From positions 68,614,950 through 68,678,949 of the forward strand of contig NC_068983.1 in the NCBI RefSeq assembly GCF_001194135.2: a stretch of 64,000 nt of DNA. Reading direction: 5' to 3'. The position numbers were made by a program, and so were the translations under genes. Below are positions 61,690 to 64,000 of this stretch, piece by piece. The notes under the pieces are model-generated. The model did no database searches. It had not been told where the DNA came from and saw only the letters and a list, made by a program, of their open reading frames with translations. The stretch comes from Octopus bimaculoides (Eukaryota). Every line of letters begins with the position of its first letter. The first letter of the stretch is position 1.

Positions 61690-61925
61690 TAAAGCCGCCT
61701 TGGGTTGACTAATTCCTTGTGAATGACATTTCGTAATACAGTTCTATATTTGAGAGATGAGGAATTATGTACATTATTTACATTTGATGGATATTTGTCC
61801 TCATCTTGTTTGTTGTTAACACGTTTCAGCTGATATACTCTCCAGCCTTCATCAGGTATCTTGGGGAAATTTCGAACCTGGGTTCTCATTCCTAAGGTAT
61901 TTTTCGATTTTATTATTATTATTAG
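61690..61925 (-). mobile_element. Probable Penelope-like terminal repeat with hammerhead-like core
   Basis: Minus strand CTGATGA-A-GGCTGG-agagtata-TCAGCT-GAAAC-GT, starting from a (TAA)n run. The PLE assignment is inference. Confidence 0.55.
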
Positions 61926-62190
61926 ATTTATAAGCCCTAAAATTCACTCCATAATTGCCCGTGGGCATATGGCGTAGTGGTTGAGAGCATGGGCTACTAA
62001 CACCAAGATTTAATAAGGGGTTTATGATCTGCGCATGCTTGTGTGTATTTGTTCTTGTATGTACATACACTTGTATGTTATCTATGGATATATGTATTTA
62101 AATATCTATAAGTACAGTAGAAAACCTATATTTATGGTACAAATACTGTAGGCATCACACACAAACACACTCACTCATAATTTCTCTCTA

Positions 62191-62231
<41 letters not shown>

Positions 62232-62309
62232 TGCATACACACACATTACAAGACTTCCATTTTCCTTTTCAAACAATGAAATTAGAAATAATTTGAAACT
62301 GGTTCTTAC

Positions 62310-62376
62310 TTGCCAGAAATGTGAGTGACCCAAGAGTAAAAGCTCTGTTCTGACACTGTGCATAGGTACGGAAGTG
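62310..62376 (-). CDS. TMEM141: TMEM141-like coding exon
   Basis: Acceptor cctttgttattacag at 62377, donor GTAAGA at 62309, 67 nt, phase 0 to 1. HFRTYAQCQNRAFTLGSLTFLA matches the Y-A-x-C-Q-x2-A-F-x2-G motif recalled for TMEM141. Confidence 0.85.
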
Positions 62377-62499
62377 CTGTAATAACAAAGGAATTTAGAT
62401 GAGAAACTGAAACAGAAGGGAAACACGTGACAATCCTGTCATCATTATCATCAGCATCACTATCTTCATCATAACTATTCTCACAGAGGCAATGATTGA

Positions 62500-62770
62500 G
62501 ACCTTTGGCATTATGTTGTGCTTGAGAAGAAGACCCATCAAGCAGAGCAAAATCACAGTCATAGCAAATGGCACCTGTGCAAGTGGCACATAAAATCACC
62601 CAATACACTCTCAGAGTGATTGGTGTTAAGAAGGGCATCCAGCCATAGAAAACTATGCTAAATCAGACTGGAGTCTGGTGCAAATTTCTGGCTTACCAGC
62701 CCTGGTCAAACCGTTCAACCTATGCCAACATGGACAACAGATGTTAAATGATGATAATGATGATGATGAT
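62500..62770 (+). mobile_element. RTE-related 3' end copy
   Basis: Same family as 56920-57192, with a (GAT)n tail. Confidence 0.75.
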
Positions 62771-64000
62771 TTCATCATTAATAACATTGTTGTTTCATCA
62801 CTGTTTTACTGTTTACTCATCATTACCATTATCACCATCATAATAATCAATCAACCTCCTCATTATCATCATGTTTGTTTTTATTGTTGTGTTATATCAG
62901 TTCCTGAGAATCAAAAGTGACCACATCAATAAAGTAAAGTGGGGTGAGACATATCTTTCAACTCCCTCCATTTGCTTTGTGTTCAGGGCCAAGAAGACAC
63001 TTTACACCTAATGGCTGACACCACCTACCTATAAATAAGAAACAAGAGGCAGTATTAGCAGGTGTGCTGTGTATTATTGAAGACTGACTTATTACCTTAC
63101 AAGAACGAGTTCCCCTTATCTAGTTGAAAGGTATAGAATACTCTACCCAGCTGATTTGTTAACAGTAATTATCTTCTAAACCTCAACAGGTTTTCAAAAG
63201 CCATGATTAGCTTTCATTTTATGATATTGTACACAGAATTTTAAAACATCTTGGACAGAAAACCTTTTTTACTGCAGGTAACATTCACAAGTGATCTGAT
63301 ATTTATTTTTAATGACAGTTATATATGAATCTACAAACACAAAACATCTGTGGTATATTGGAACTTGAGTAGGTAGTATAACTTATTCTCTCAACCATCT
63401 CACCTCTTCTCTAAGCTGACTTATTCTAAATACACAACTATCTTCAGTAGTATTACAACCAATCAATGGGTCACATAAGTGTAATACTACCTTACATCTT
63501 CCTTCCCATACTAGCATGGGTGGGATAGATTTTGTTTGAGCAATTGATTTATTTCTATAGCTGGATGTTCTTCCAACTACAAACCATTTAACTATAGTCA
63601 TAAAACCTGGTTCAAGTAAAACTGAAGCAAACAGTTATGATGATTGCCTAACAATACAATGGATAGCATCATTATGAGGTCTATTGTCACCTTCATGTTC
63701 TTCATTCACACCACTTTCACTGGCATTCACATATGAATGATATTTTTTTTCTTTTCTTCCATAATAAAATCATTACTTTTGCAGGGGACCCATCCTTGCA
63801 CTGAATCATCAAAGAATCCATTTTGAGCTCAAATGAATTTAGAAGGCAACTTAGCATCCAAGACATTAGCAGATGTATGAAACAGATCTGTTTATGCCAG
63901 GGGTCAGCAAACTTCTTACACTGACCCTTTCATGGAATCATTGATAACTTATCAACCCGCATCATGTAAATTCTAAAATAAAATTAAAAATTACAATTTA

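Noticed and set aside
63898-64000. hAT-like terminus CAGGGGTCAGCAAAC
   Set aside because: Only one end is visible before the window stops; no partner TIR or TSD to confirm.

Overview
AT-rich, repeat-dense animal genomic DNA with eight N gaps. The repeat landscape (several tRNA-derived SINE families, RTE 3'-UTR copies, R4/Dong, Penelope, Tc1/mariner) looks like a coleoid cephalopod such as Octopus; this is inference from recognition, not a database result. Two spliced protein-coding genes can be built by hand, both on the minus strand. (1) A 4-exon ankyrin-repeat/SOCS-box (ASB-like) gene: coding exons 29433-29424, 21527-20873, 14858-14678 and 13383-13039, 396 aa, with all intron phases consistent. 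(2) The last three coding exons of a TMEM141-like gene: 62376-62310, 61074-60883 and 59830-59814; its first exon probably lies beyond the window. One orphan exon-like segment (43334-43069, minus) remains unexplained. The rest is mostly transposon debris. The most notable observations are a set of Merlin-type elements (an 847-bp deletion derivative with a transposase C-terminus, a 186-bp MITE, and a 38-bp element with a perfect 8-bp target duplication nested in it), two hammerhead-like cores in probable Penelope-type termini lying sense in introns of both genes, and a 32-bp minisatellite that grew out of a LINE reverse-transcriptase motif. No CRISPR array, rRNA or genuine tRNA gene is supported, and I found nothing I can confidently call a new biological system.
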